This document shows, piece by piece, positions 8,966 through 18,021 of a stretch of 64,000 nucleotides of DNA. The DNA comes from a virus (Duplodnaviria; Heunggongvirae; Uroviricota; Caudoviricetes), in IMG/VR virus record IMGVR_UViG_3300028832_000003, positions 1 to 64,000 of that record. The stretch is one strand, 5' to 3'. Numbering within the stretch: position 1 is the first letter of the stretch; every line of letters starts with the position of its first letter. The notes beneath the pieces are model-generated. The model searched no databases. It was not told the DNA's origin and worked only from the letters and a program-made list of their open reading frames with translations. The position numbers and the translations under genes were made by a program.

Positions 8966-9211
8966 ATGAGTGATTTAATTAAGAGAAGTGACGCATTAAA
9001 GCCATATGAAGGATTGGGAGATAATGATTTAATCAGCGTCAGGACGATTCGTGAGAATTTGGTACACATGCAGGCAGTTGATTTTGAGGATGAAGGAAAA
9101 TGTTCCACCTGTAAACATGATTTTGGGGAAGAGAACTGTGGAGATTGCGAATGGGATTCCGTTGCGCACACAAACACAAATTGGGAGCCGAGAGTATTAG
9201 AGGAGGAATAA
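8966..9211 (+). CDS. hypothetical Cys-rich protein
   Basis: ORF track; RBS GGAGAAAAAAGAATG. Confidence 0.5.
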   Translation: MSDLIKRSDALKPYEGLGDNDLISVRTIRENLVHMQAVDFEDEGKCSTCKHDFGEENCGDCEWDSVAHTNTNWEPRVLEEE

Positions 9212-9660
9212 TGTCAACACATGCAGATGTTATCTTTGCCATTAACGGAGTAAAAATCGTAAAAGTATTTCATGTTTATGACGGTTATATTGACAGTTTA
9301 GGAAAAGAACTTGCTGAATGGCTCATGTGGCATAAGATTTGTAATGGTTTTGGATTGTCATCATCCGTTGACCAATATGACTTAAGAAATGGTTATGCCA
9401 ATGGTGCTGAGGATTTGGCTGCTCAGTGGATTGCCTACAGTAAAACGTGTGCTGGAGATGTGTATGTCTATCCTTTAGAATCGTCAAATAAATATATTGA
9501 TTACACATACTTTGTAAACATCAAAGACCCTAGAGATATCAGCAAAGCTCATGATGTAAATGATATAACGGTTATATCCATTACTTGTTTTGATAATCCT
9601 GAGATTATTTTTAAGGGATCACCTAAAGAGTTGTTGGAATATAAGGAGTTAGAAGAATGA
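9211..9660 (+). CDS. hypothetical protein
   Basis: AGGAGGAATAATG start (MSTHADVIF...) in frame with track ORF 9145..9660. Confidence 0.5.
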   Translation: MSTHADVIFAINGVKIVKVFHVYDGYIDSLGKELAEWLMWHKICNGFGLSSSVDQYDLRNGYANGAEDLAAQWIAYSKTCAGDVYVYPLESSNKYIDYTYFVNIKDPRDISKAHDVNDITVISITCFDNPEIIFKGSPKELLEYKELEE

Positions 9661-9842
9661 TATACGATGATGATACATTTGAGAGTTTTCGAATTTGCTT
9701 TGATCGTGTCCCAAGTAGAAAAAAAGATGAGGTAATTGAAGCATTAAAAGATTGCGGTTTTTCAGTCGTTTATTTGGATTCAGAAAATGAAGAAGTTATG
9801 TTTTGTTTGACTGCAAAACAAATTGATGATTTGTGTTATTAA
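9657..9842 (+). CDS. hypothetical protein
   Basis: ORF track; ATGA overlap. Confidence 0.4.
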   Translation: MIYDDDTFESFRICFDRVPSRKKDEVIEALKDCGFSVVYLDSENEEVMFCLTAKQIDDLCY

Positions 9843-9968
9843 AACAGAGAATCATACATTGTGAGGCGTGATACGGGTGCTATTTGAAACTGTCCTATGT
9901 GAAGTAAATCACTTAGCGAAACTCCTTAATGAGCAGATAATGGATTGACCGCACTGCCACCTCATTAT

Positions 9969-10041
9969 GCGAGAGTACCCAAGTGGTGATGGGGCTAGTC
10001 TTATATACTGGTTGCCGGGAGTTCGAATCTCTCCTCTCGTA
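9969..10041 (+). tRNA. tRNA-Ile (anticodon UAU, reads AUA)
   Basis: Hand-folded cloverleaf. Acceptor GCGAGAG/CTCTCGT. Anticodon stem CTAGT/ACTGG with loop CTTATAT. T-arm GGGAG-TTCGAAT-CTCTC. Discriminator A. 73 nt. Confidence 0.6.
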
Positions 10042-10043
10042 GT

Positions 10044-10196
10044 TCCTTTGTGGTGGAATAAGTAGACACATAGTAAGGGCAGAAATGTCAACAGGCTGAC
10101 GAGGTAGAGCGCGGAACAATGATCAAATTGATCATAAGGCAGGCGAGAGATGTTGGTCTGGCATCTCATGTAAGGTGAAAATCCTTACCAAAGGAA
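10044..10196 (+). ncRNA. tRNA-like RNA (~153 nt) with ~80-nt insertion between D-arm and anticodon-like arm
   Basis: Perfect 7-bp acceptor pairing TCCTTTG...CAAAGGA plus discriminator A. D-arm GTG-GAATAAGTAGA-CAC. T-arm TAAGG-TGAAAAT-CCTTA. Anticodon-like hairpin GATGT-TGGTCTG-GCATC. It is too long to be a canonical tRNA. Confidence 0.4.
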
Positions 10197-10381
10197 TAAC
10201 GGTTCATACAGCAAACAAATATAACAATCCTTTAAATTGTGAAACTGAACCGTGTTTTGGAAGTGAAACTGAAATAAAAGGACGCTTTTATTTTATGTGC
10301 GGCTGATGATCCGTGGGTTTCACATGTCAGTATATGGTAATAGGTGGTTAGGCTGACAATCCCCCCAACGGCAAATGAGCT

Positions 10382-10506
10382 TCCGTCGTGGCGAATAGGT
10401 AGACGCTTCAATAAGTGCGATTTTGTCGGTCAAACAAGCTGTATTTAAGATTGCTACAGCGGGTTGTAAAGGCAATCATGTGAGGTTCGAGTCCTCACCG
10501 ACGGAA
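10382..10506 (+). ncRNA. tRNA-like RNA (~125 nt), paralogue of 10044..10196
   Basis: Acceptor TCCGTCG...CGACGGA. D-arm GCG-AATAGGTAGA-CGC (same as the other element). T-arm TGAGG-TTCGAGT-CCTCA. The interior is a 6-bp stem with a 17-nt loop, not a 7-nt anticodon loop. Confidence 0.4.
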
Positions 10507-10521
10507 TTATAAAGGAGAGAA

Positions 10522-11034
10522 ATGATGCAACTAATTAGATTTATGAGCAGCGAAGAGTTTGAAAAACTTATGAGCGGCGATGTGCTTGAGAACACAATAG
10601 ATCACTGCGCTCAAGGTCATCACACCAATAGCGTTGGATTCTGTTTTATGGCAAGACATTCATCACCTTATTTTGAAGATGACAAAATCATATCTGACTT
10701 AATGTGGTTTTACTCATTTATGAGTGGCATTGTCTCAGATGACTATGTAGTAGTGTTCGAGTCTGGCGATACTGAACTCAAAAAAGGATATGGAATATAT
10801 GCAGTTCCGGACGGTGGGTTCTTCGACACAATGAGTGAAACGGAATATAGTATTAAGTCTTATGATAGAACGACACTAAAACCTATTTACTGGCTCTGCG
10901 GATGTGATGATTATCTTTACGAATGGTGTGAAGATGAGTTAAGAACAGAAGAGTGGGAAAAAGAACAAAACAAAAAGTTTGTTGAAAAAGAAAGGGCATT
11001 CTACGATGGCTGCAAAGTTGGAGAGGATTTATGA
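10522..11034 (+). CDS. hypothetical protein
   Basis: ORF track; RBS AAAGGAGAGAAATGATG. Confidence 0.55.
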   Translation: MMQLIRFMSSEEFEKLMSGDVLENTIDHCAQGHHTNSVGFCFMARHSSPYFEDDKIISDLMWFYSFMSGIVSDDYVVVFESGDTELKKGYGIYAVPDGGFFDTMSETEYSIKSYDRTTLKPIYWLCGCDDYLYEWCEDELRTEEWEKEQNKKFVEKERAFYDGCKVGEDL

Positions 11035-11050
11035 AGAGAAAGAAGAGATA

Positions 11051-11338
11051 ATGATGAGCTATGATGATGTTTTAGAATTTATTCACAGAAGGTTCCCGGT
11101 AGACAACGATTGGCTCACTGGAAATTGTTATTACTTTGCAACGATACTAAAGGAAAGATTTGGTGGAACGATCTGCTATGACGTTATTGACGGTCATTTT
11201 CTGACAGTAATTGATGGTGTTAAATACGACTGGTCTGGAGTTGTACCGACAAATAATCATCCATATGTGATATGGGATAGTTTTGAGTGGTATGATAGTA
11301 ACCAATTCAATAGAGTTTATATGGATTGCATTTTGTGA
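11051..11338 (+). CDS. hypothetical protein
   Basis: Internal ATG MMSYDDVLEF... in frame with track ORF 10979..11338 after the stop of the previous gene. Confidence 0.45.
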   Translation: MMSYDDVLEFIHRRFPVDNDWLTGNCYYFATILKERFGGTICYDVIDGHFLTVIDGVKYDWSGVVPTNNHPYVIWDSFEWYDSNQFNRVYMDCIL

Positions 11339-11384
11339 ATATATGATTTATCAGAAATACTAGAAAGGTTGATGAGATATAAAA

Positions 11385-11813
11385 ATGGAAATAGATTTTA
11401 AAAATTTTCGTGAAATAGATGGTTTTGACGGAATGTATTTTGTAGATATAAACGGTAATGTATTTTCAAAATATGTTAATCGTTTTTTAAAACAAAATAT
11501 ATATCACGGATATTGGAGAGTTATATTGTTTGATAAAAAAAATAAGAAACATATAAGTAAATATGTACATAGATTAATTGCTACATATTTTATTTCAAAT
11601 CCTAATAATTATTTATATGTTAACCACAAAGATGAAAATAAACTTAATAATAACATAGAAAATTTAGAATGGTGTACTGCCACATATAATAATACATATA
11701 ATAATGTGCATTTAAAAAGAGGATGCAAAATAAAAGAAACAATCAAGAAAAAAGGTGGTGCATACAATAAAGGTGTCAAAATGTCCGAAGAGCAAAAAGA
11801 AAAAGATAAGTGA
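11385..11813 (+). CDS. HNH homing endonuclease (HNH_3 / NUMOD4-type)
   Basis: GMYFVDINGNVFS...YHGYWRVILF...HRLIATYFISNP...VNHKDENKLNNNIENLEW; strongly AT-rich relative to its flanks. Confidence 0.75.
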   Translation: MEIDFKNFREIDGFDGMYFVDINGNVFSKYVNRFLKQNIYHGYWRVILFDKKNKKHISKYVHRLIATYFISNPNNYLYVNHKDENKLNNNIENLEWCTATYNNTYNNVHLKRGCKIKETIKKKGGAYNKGVKMSEEQKEKDK

Positions 11814-11894
11814 AAAAATGAAAAACAAACCATTTAATGGAAATCAATATGTAGATAAATATGGGAACAAAAAATCGCAGATAGCATAGTTTAC

Positions 11895-11966
11895 AGCCCC
11901 ATCGCCAAACGGAAAGGCATGTGATTTTGGTTCACATTATTCTAGGTTCGAATCCTAGTGGGGTTG
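11895..11966 (+). tRNA. tRNA-Gln (anticodon UUG)
   Basis: Acceptor AGCCCCA/TGGGGTT. D-arm GCC-AAACGGAAA-GGC. Anticodon stem TGTGA/TCACA with loop TTTTGGT. T-arm CTAGG-TTCGAAT-CCTAG. 72 nt. Confidence 0.65.
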
Positions 11967-12036
11967 CTAATGTCAATAAAAATTGACAAAACAGCCGTTT
12001 ATGTCAATTATTATCGACATTAAAAGGAGAAATATA

Positions 12037-12261
12037 ATGACGACATTGCAAATTGAAAAAGCATATTCAAGTGAATTACCTAATAAGGAAAAAATATTGC
12101 GTGCATTGTTAGCTGCGAAAGAATGTGTTGATGCACACTATTGTCATATGGAATATGGTTATATAAATCCAGAGACAAATAAAATGTTTACTGAAGAAGA
12201 AGTTTCTTCTGAAATTCAAAATCTTATTGATTGTATTGAAGAAGGAATTGTTTCAATGTAA
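12037..12261 (+). CDS. hypothetical protein
   Basis: AAAGGAGAAATATAATG start (MTTLQIEKAY...) in frame with track ORF 11983..12261. Confidence 0.5.
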   Translation: MTTLQIEKAYSSELPNKEKILRALLAAKECVDAHYCHMEYGYINPETNKMFTEEEVSSEIQNLIDCIEEGIVSM

Positions 12262-12498
12262 CATTGAAATTTCAAAAAACAGTGAAAAATTGAAATTGCT
12301 CACAAAAATTTAAAAAGCAATTTCAATTTTAGAGAATTAAATAGTGCAACTTATTAGTCCATTTGACAGTACATCTTATCCATACTGTACACCTCCATGA
12401 AATATATGGTATGCCTATCTGAAAACCTCCCCCCTCACGGATAGGTGTACCGCCAAGTGGACTAATATAATTTATAAAATATCCAGGAGGTAGTAAAC

Positions 12499-13443
12499 AT
12501 GGCATTTGTAAAAGCCGTAAGAGAGAAAGTTTATGCCAAGGTTTTGCTGACCGGTGCAAGTGGAAGTGGTAAGTCACAATCAGCACTCGAACTTGCAACA
12601 GGCGTGGCAAGAAAGTGTGGCAGTTCTATTGCCTACATCGGAACAGAGGGCGATAGAGACAAGTTGTATGCTCAGTGTAAGTCTAAGCATGGTGATTATA
12701 CTTTTGAGTATGATCTGCTCCAGCTTGAAGATCCGTTCACAACAGATAAGTTTGTCGCAGCGATTAACGAAGCAGTTGATGCTGGTTACAAGGTAATTAT
12801 CATTGATGGACTGTCTGCTGAGTGGAAGTGGTTGAACGACGTGCATGATAAGATGCCCGGAAATTCATTCACAAACTGGGGTAAGTTAAAACCTAAGCAC
12901 CGTGAGTTGATTGACAAGATTCTTACTGCAAATGCACATATCATTTGTTGTGCTAGAGGTAAGGACGAGTGGTTGCTTGAGGAAAAGAATGGCAAACAAG
13001 TTCCTAAGAAGGTTGGTCTTGGTTCTCAGACTGATAAGGACATTTCCTATGAGATGATGCTTTCCATTCAGCTTGATCAGGACACCCACCTTGCACATGC
13101 TGACAAGGACAACACAGGTCTTTGGGATGAAAACAGATATTCCGTTATCAATGCAAAGGATGGTGAAGTTCTTTATGATTGGTGTGAGAACGGTGCAATC
13201 CCTGCGGTTAAGCCACCTAAGATTCAGCCTAGTGAAGATATTGTAGCATCCGTAGACGAAGACCTCACAACCATTAAGAAGGAAATCATTACCTTGTGCA
13301 ATCAGCTTGGTGGTACTAAGAATGAGGATTTGATGACTACTCTTAAGGAGTTTGTATCTAATGGCAATCCTAATGCAATCAAGTCTCTTGACAAGGCTAA
13401 GGAGTGTCTGGAAAAGATTAAGGCGATTAAGCCAGTAGAATAA
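12499..13443 (+). CDS. RecA-superfamily ATPase, AAA_24 / Sak4-like recombination protein
   Basis: Walker A GASGSGKS; Walker B-like VIIIDGLS; typical position upstream of SSB in a phage recombination module. Confidence 0.7.
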   Translation: MAFVKAVREKVYAKVLLTGASGSGKSQSALELATGVARKCGSSIAYIGTEGDRDKLYAQCKSKHGDYTFEYDLLQLEDPFTTDKFVAAINEAVDAGYKVIIIDGLSAEWKWLNDVHDKMPGNSFTNWGKLKPKHRELIDKILTANAHIICCARGKDEWLLEEKNGKQVPKKVGLGSQTDKDISYEMMLSIQLDQDTHLAHADKDNTGLWDENRYSVINAKDGEVLYDWCENGAIPAVKPPKIQPSEDIVASVDEDLTTIKKEIITLCNQLGGTKNEDLMTTLKEFVSNGNPNAIKSLDKAKECLEKIKAIKPVE

Positions 13444-13454
13444 GGAGATAAAAC

Positions 13455-13877
13455 ATGAATAAGTTTTGTGGCGTTGGTAGATTAGCGGGAGATCCTGAGG
13501 TTAGATATTCTCAGGGTGCAAATTCAACTTGTGTTGCTCGTTTTTCTGTAGCAATCAACAGAAAATTTAAGAATGCGGAAGGTAATTATGAAGCAGATTT
13601 CATCCGTTGCACTGCTTTTGGAAAGACTGGAGAGTTTATTGAGAAGTATTTTAGGAAGGGCATGGCAATTGGAATTACTGGAAGAATTACGACTGGTAGT
13701 TACGTTAACAAGGACGGACAGACGGTATATACTACCGAGGTTACCGTAGAGGAAGCCGAGTTTGTTGAGAAGAAGTCTGAGAACAATGGCAGTACTACTA
13801 CTTCTACGGCAGCGAATGCTAGTGACGGATTTATGAACATTCCTGATGGCATTGAAGAAGAACTTCCTTTCGCATAA
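13455..13877 (+). CDS. ssb: single-stranded DNA-binding protein
   Basis: OB-fold-like N-terminus; Gly/Thr/Ser-rich linker; acidic tail DGIEEELPF (cf. DDDIPF). Confidence 0.75.
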   Translation: MNKFCGVGRLAGDPEVRYSQGANSTCVARFSVAINRKFKNAEGNYEADFIRCTAFGKTGEFIEKYFRKGMAIGITGRITTGSYVNKDGQTVYTTEVTVEEAEFVEKKSENNGSTTTSTAANASDGFMNIPDGIEEELPFA

Positions 13878-13887
13878 GGAGTAGTAA

Positions 13888-14292
13888 ATGGCTGGCATAA
13901 AACATGTCTGTGCCTATAAGCATTGTTTACACCACGGTGAAGAGGTCGAAAGACCAAACGCCGTGGTTCTTAATAAGAAATGGTATCACAAAGATTGTGC
14001 AGACATGATGAAATCGATTAGAAAAATATCTTTTTTATATGCAAGAGATGTCATAAAAGACCAATCAAAGTATCCAATGGCATGCAATATTATTACGGTT
14101 ATGGCTACTAAAAATGCAGTGCCGTTAGATTATATATATAAATTTATTATGAGGCAGAAAACATATTTTTCCGAAAGATCTGTGTATGCATTATATTGCA
14201 TTCGCAAAATGTTTTGGATGAAAGAGATGGTGAATAATGTCAGCAGTTGTGGAGAAAGAACTAATCAGCAAGGCCAAGGAGAAACTAGGTGA
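13888..14292 (+). CDS. hypothetical protein with Cys/His cluster
   Basis: ORF track; RBS AGGAGTAGTAAATG; CAYKHCLHH...HKDC. Confidence 0.5.
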   Translation: MAGIKHVCAYKHCLHHGEEVERPNAVVLNKKWYHKDCADMMKSIRKISFLYARDVIKDQSKYPMACNIITVMATKNAVPLDYIYKFIMRQKTYFSERSVYALYCIRKMFWMKEMVNNVSSCGERTNQQGQGETR

Positions 14293-16141
14293 TCAGAATG
14301 CCCATCTCATGGCAGAGCTGCTTGAACTAGATAAATTTGACGAGAAAAATTTGAAGGCTTGTTGTCCATATCATCGTGAGAAGACTCCAAGTTTTATCTA
14401 TAACAAAAAAGAAGGTTATTTCCACTGTTTTGCATGTGGGAAAACAGTTGATTTGATTGACGTGTTAATGGAAAAAGGTAACACGTTTATAGACTCAGTA
14501 AAATATATGTGTGAAAAAGCTGAGTTGGATTTTAGTTGTCCCGAGCAACATGTTAAGGTTCTTCATAAATACAGATATCCTCACGAAGAACCTCGCTGGA
14601 ATGACATGACAAAGGTGTATGACTATCTAGGCAACAGGGGTATTAGTAAAAACACCATTGATTATCTGGACATTCGTGCAGATACAAGTGGAAACATTGC
14701 TTTTCATACATACGATCAGTATGATACTTTAACCGTTGTTAACTACCGTAAGTCATATAAGACAGATGAACAGAAGTGCTGGTTCCAAAAGGATGCCGAC
14801 ACTGCCGACATATTGTTTAACATGAACCGCGTTAACACAACCAAACCTCTTGTAATTACGGAAGGTCAGATTGATTGTGCATCTGTCATTGAAGCCGGAT
14901 ATCTCAATTGTGTTTCCATTCTTAAAGGCTGTCAAGGAATGGGTTGGATTGAAAATCTATGGGATTGGTTACAGGAATTTGACTCAATTATAGTCTTCAG
15001 TGACGGTGACAAGCCCGGATTGAAGATGAGGGATGAGGTTATCAATCGTCTTGGGGCTGTGCGTTGTAAGTATGTCGAAGTTCCAAAAGAACTTGAGTAT
15101 AAAGATACTGGAAAGATGGTTCCAGTAAAAGATGCAAATGAGATTTTACAATGCAAAGGAAAACAATTTCTTTTGGATTTAATCTTAGAAGCAAAAGACA
15201 TTCCCATTACGTCCGTTGCAAAACTCTCAGAGATTAAAGAACTAAATCCTACTGAGATGGACGGATTTGAAATCGGAATTAAGGAATTGGATTCAGAACT
15301 CATGAAGATATTCACTGGTGGCGTGACCATCCTTACTGGGCTTCCTAGTGCCGGAAAGACGACGTTCCTTAATCAGATTGTTCTGATGGCGATGGATCAT
15401 GGGTATAAATCATTTTTGTTTTCAAGAGAATTGTTGAACGGCATGTCGAAAGGTTGGTTTTCTCAGGTCGCAGCCGGAAGAAGAAACATGCATGCAATAC
15501 GATTGCCGAATGGTAATGACTTTTGGATTGTCAATGACGGCATTAAGGACACAATAACAAAGTATTATGATGACATGTTCTATCTCTATAAAGATGAGGA
15601 AGAGAACTCTGAGGATAAACTGTTTGAGTCCATGGAATTATGTGCTACTAAAAAGGGATTGAGGTTGTTCATTATTGACAATCTCATGACGGTACAACTT
15701 AAGGACATGCAAGACACTAACAAGGCTCAGACGGATTTTGTTAATCGGCTGATTAAGTTTTCAATGAAGTATGATGTTGCAGTAATCATGGTTGCGCACC
15801 CTAGAAAAATCCAGGGTGGTGCGGATATTGGTTTGTTCGACGTTGCAGGAACTCAAAACATTGTAAACCTTGCAACGAGAACGATTGGACTTAAGCGCGT
15901 AAAGGAAGAGATTAAGAAGAACCCTAGAGAAAAATACTATGGGTATGATGTCGTGATTACAATCATTAAGGACAGAATTTTCGGATCGCAAAAGGAAATT
16001 CCAGTCCATTATGATACAGTTGATAGGAGATTTTATTCCAACTATGAGGAGTTCGACAGAATTTATGGTTGGGATAAACAGAAACATGTTGGACGGATTC
16101 CATATCCTTTGGATAGTGAGAGTCAGTTCCCAGATAAGTAA
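14237..16141 (+). CDS. bifunctional DNA primase-helicase (DnaG-like Zn finger + TOPRIM + DnaB/RecA-like helicase)
   Basis: CHC2 zinc finger CCPYHREKTPSF...HCFACG; TOPRIM ITEGQIDCASV / FSDGDKPG; Walker A TGLPSAGKTT; Walker B LFIIDNL. The alternative start at ~14309 would remove the overlap with the previous gene. Confidence 0.8.
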   Translation: MSAVVEKELISKAKEKLGDQNAHLMAELLELDKFDEKNLKACCPYHREKTPSFIYNKKEGYFHCFACGKTVDLIDVLMEKGNTFIDSVKYMCEKAELDFSCPEQHVKVLHKYRYPHEEPRWNDMTKVYDYLGNRGISKNTIDYLDIRADTSGNIAFHTYDQYDTLTVVNYRKSYKTDEQKCWFQKDADTADILFNMNRVNTTKPLVITEGQIDCASVIEAGYLNCVSILKGCQGMGWIENLWDWLQEFDSIIVFSDGDKPGLKMRDEVINRLGAVRCKYVEVPKELEYKDTGKMVPVKDANEILQCKGKQFLLDLILEAKDIPITSVAKLSEIKELNPTEMDGFEIGIKELDSELMKIFTGGVTILTGLPSAGKTTFLNQIVLMAMDHGYKSFLFSRELLNGMSKGWFSQVAAGRRNMHAIRLPNGNDFWIVNDGIKDTITKYYDDMFYLYKDEEENSEDKLFESMELCATKKGLRLFIIDNLMTVQLKDMQDTNKAQTDFVNRLIKFSMKYDVAVIMVAHPRKIQGGADIGLFDVAGTQNIVNLATRTIGLKRVKEEIKKNPREKYYGYDVVITIIKDRIFGSQKEIPVHYDTVDRRFYSNYEEFDRIYGWDKQKHVGRIPYPLDSESQFPDK

Positions 16142-16151
16142 AGGAGAAAAC

Positions 16152-17108
16152 ATGGTAGGATTAATTTTAGGAATTGTTATTTTTGTTTTAGGAATTTTTT
16201 GTGGAGCCGCAGCTATTGCAGACGACGATTCAAGAGCATATGGCGCACCTATTATGGTTGCTGGTTTTGTAATTGGCTGTATTTGTGTTGTTTTCGGTTG
16301 CGTCAGATCTGTTCCAACCGGACAGACTGGTGTTGTAACCACTTTTGGTAAGGTTGAAAATTACACACTTGATGCTGGTATTCACTTTGTCGCTCCTTGG
16401 AGAGCAGTAACTAAGATGGATAATCGTACTCAGGTTGCAACGATTGAGATGCAGAGCTTCTCTTCCGACATTCAGGAAGTAAAGATTAAGTACACCGTGA
16501 ACTATCAGATTAATAAGGAAAATGCTCAGGTTATTTACAAGACTATCGGCACTGATTATTATAACACGGTTATGACCCCTAAGATTCAAGAAGCCGTTAA
16601 GAGCGTGTTCGCAAGATATAATGCCGAGAAGTTAATCGAGTCTAGAGGTACTCTTTCTAGAGAGATCGAGGCAATTTTGATTGACGATCTCGCCACCTAT
16701 AACATTGAGGTCGTGACTACTTCCCTTGAGGATATTGACTTTACCGATGCATTTACCAATGCAGTAGAAGCAAAGCAGGTAGCAGAACAGAACAAGCTGA
16801 GAACTACAACGGAACAGGAAACTGCAAACATTCAAGCAGAAGCTGAAGCTAAGAGACAGGTCATTAAAGCACAGGCTGATGCAGACTCTTCAATCCTCGC
16901 TGCGAAAGCAGATGCAGAGGTTCAGAAGATTGGTGCGGATGCGGCTGAGTATGCTGGCAAGAAGGATGCAGCCATTCTGTCTGCCGTAGGTGAACAGTTG
17001 AATGCATATCCTAATCTGATTCAGTATCTGTATTATCAGCATTGGAATGGTGAGTTGCCTAAGACAATGCTTGGTGACGAACCAAATCTTTTGTTCGAAG
17101 TTAATTAA
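16152..17108 (+). CDS. SPFH / Band-7 (prohibitin/HflK-like) domain membrane protein
   Basis: AAGGAGAAAACATG start; N-terminal TM segments; VVTTFGKVENYTLDAGIHFVAPW...; C-terminal Ala/Glu/Gln coiled coil typical of SPFH proteins. Confidence 0.7.
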   Translation: MVGLILGIVIFVLGIFCGAAAIADDDSRAYGAPIMVAGFVIGCICVVFGCVRSVPTGQTGVVTTFGKVENYTLDAGIHFVAPWRAVTKMDNRTQVATIEMQSFSSDIQEVKIKYTVNYQINKENAQVIYKTIGTDYYNTVMTPKIQEAVKSVFARYNAEKLIESRGTLSREIEAILIDDLATYNIEVVTTSLEDIDFTDAFTNAVEAKQVAEQNKLRTTTEQETANIQAEAEAKRQVIKAQADADSSILAAKADAEVQKIGADAAEYAGKKDAAILSAVGEQLNAYPNLIQYLYYQHWNGELPKTMLGDEPNLLFEVN

Positions 17109-17178
17109 ATAGAGAATTATATAGTGGTGGTTGCTTATTGCAACTGCCACTATTTTAGATTAAAGGAGCGATAAATTA

Positions 17179-18021
17179 GTGGAAGGTGAGCAATTTATAC
17201 TTGATGCAATGACTTGGAGTTTTTCCAGATTAAACAGTTTCTATAATTGTCCTCACGAATGGTACTGCCAATACATCCAAGATGACCGTGGTGAGAACGG
17301 CTTCTTTGGTGAATTTGGCGGTGCTTGTCATAAAGTTCTTGAGGAATATATTAAAGGCGATATCTCAATCTTCGATGTTTCTGAAAAGTACAAGGAGTAT
17401 TTTTCAGAGATGGTCGTTCACGATGCACCACCCAATAAGTATGTTGACTTAATGGAGTCATATTACAATAAGGGACTTGATTATTTTGATAACATTGATC
17501 TTGATTTGGAAAATTATGAGATATTGGGTGTTGAAAAAGAGGTAAGATTTGAGATTTCCGACAAGCCGTTTGTCGGTTATATTGATCTTCTTCTAAGAGA
17601 AAAGGAAACGGGGAAGATTATTATCTGCGACCACAAGAGTGCATCAATCAAGGTGTTAAAAAATGGGCAAGTAAGCAAGTCCGATCAGGAGCATTTCCGG
17701 GAGTTTGTCCGTCAGCTTTGTTTGTATGCTATTCCAGTAATTAAGGAATATGGTAAGGTTGACGAGTTGTGGTGGAACATGTTCAAGGAGCAGAAGTGGA
17801 TTAAAATTCCTTTTACTCAAGAAGATTATGATGAAGCGATTACGTGGGCAAGTAATACAATTAAGTTAATTGAAGCAGAGGAAGAGTACCCTTGTAATCC
17901 AGACTTCTTCTATTGTAATTATTTATGTTCGCAGCGTAATAATGCTTGTGAGTTTAAACCACAACCAATATCAAAAGAAGATCCTTCTGATGACTATTAT
18001 AATCCAGAGAATGGGGGGTGA
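17179..18021 (+). CDS. PD-(D/E)xK exonuclease, Cas4/RecB-like with C-terminal Cys cluster
   Basis: GYIDLL...DHK nuclease core; N-terminal CPHEWYC; C-terminal CNPDFFYCNYLC...C (Fe-S-type arrangement); GTG start after AAAGGAG. Confidence 0.65.
   Translation: MEGEQFILDAMTWSFSRLNSFYNCPHEWYCQYIQDDRGENGFFGEFGGACHKVLEEYIKGDISIFDVSEKYKEYFSEMVVHDAPPNKYVDLMESYYNKGLDYFDNIDLDLENYEILGVEKEVRFEISDKPFVGYIDLLLREKETGKIIICDHKSASIKVLKNGQVSKSDQEHFREFVRQLCLYAIPVIKEYGKVDELWWNMFKEQKWIKIPFTQEDYDEAITWASNTIKLIEAEEEYPCNPDFFYCNYLCSQRNNACEFKPQPISKEDPSDDYYNPENGG

Noticed and set aside
14932-16342. Minus-strand ORFs of 132 and 193 aa (14932..15330 and 15761..16342) inside the primase-helicase and SPFH genes
   Set aside because: They are antisense to plus-strand genes that are well supported by motifs. 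They have no RBS and low-complexity Ser/Pro/Ile composition typical of reverse-frame artefacts.
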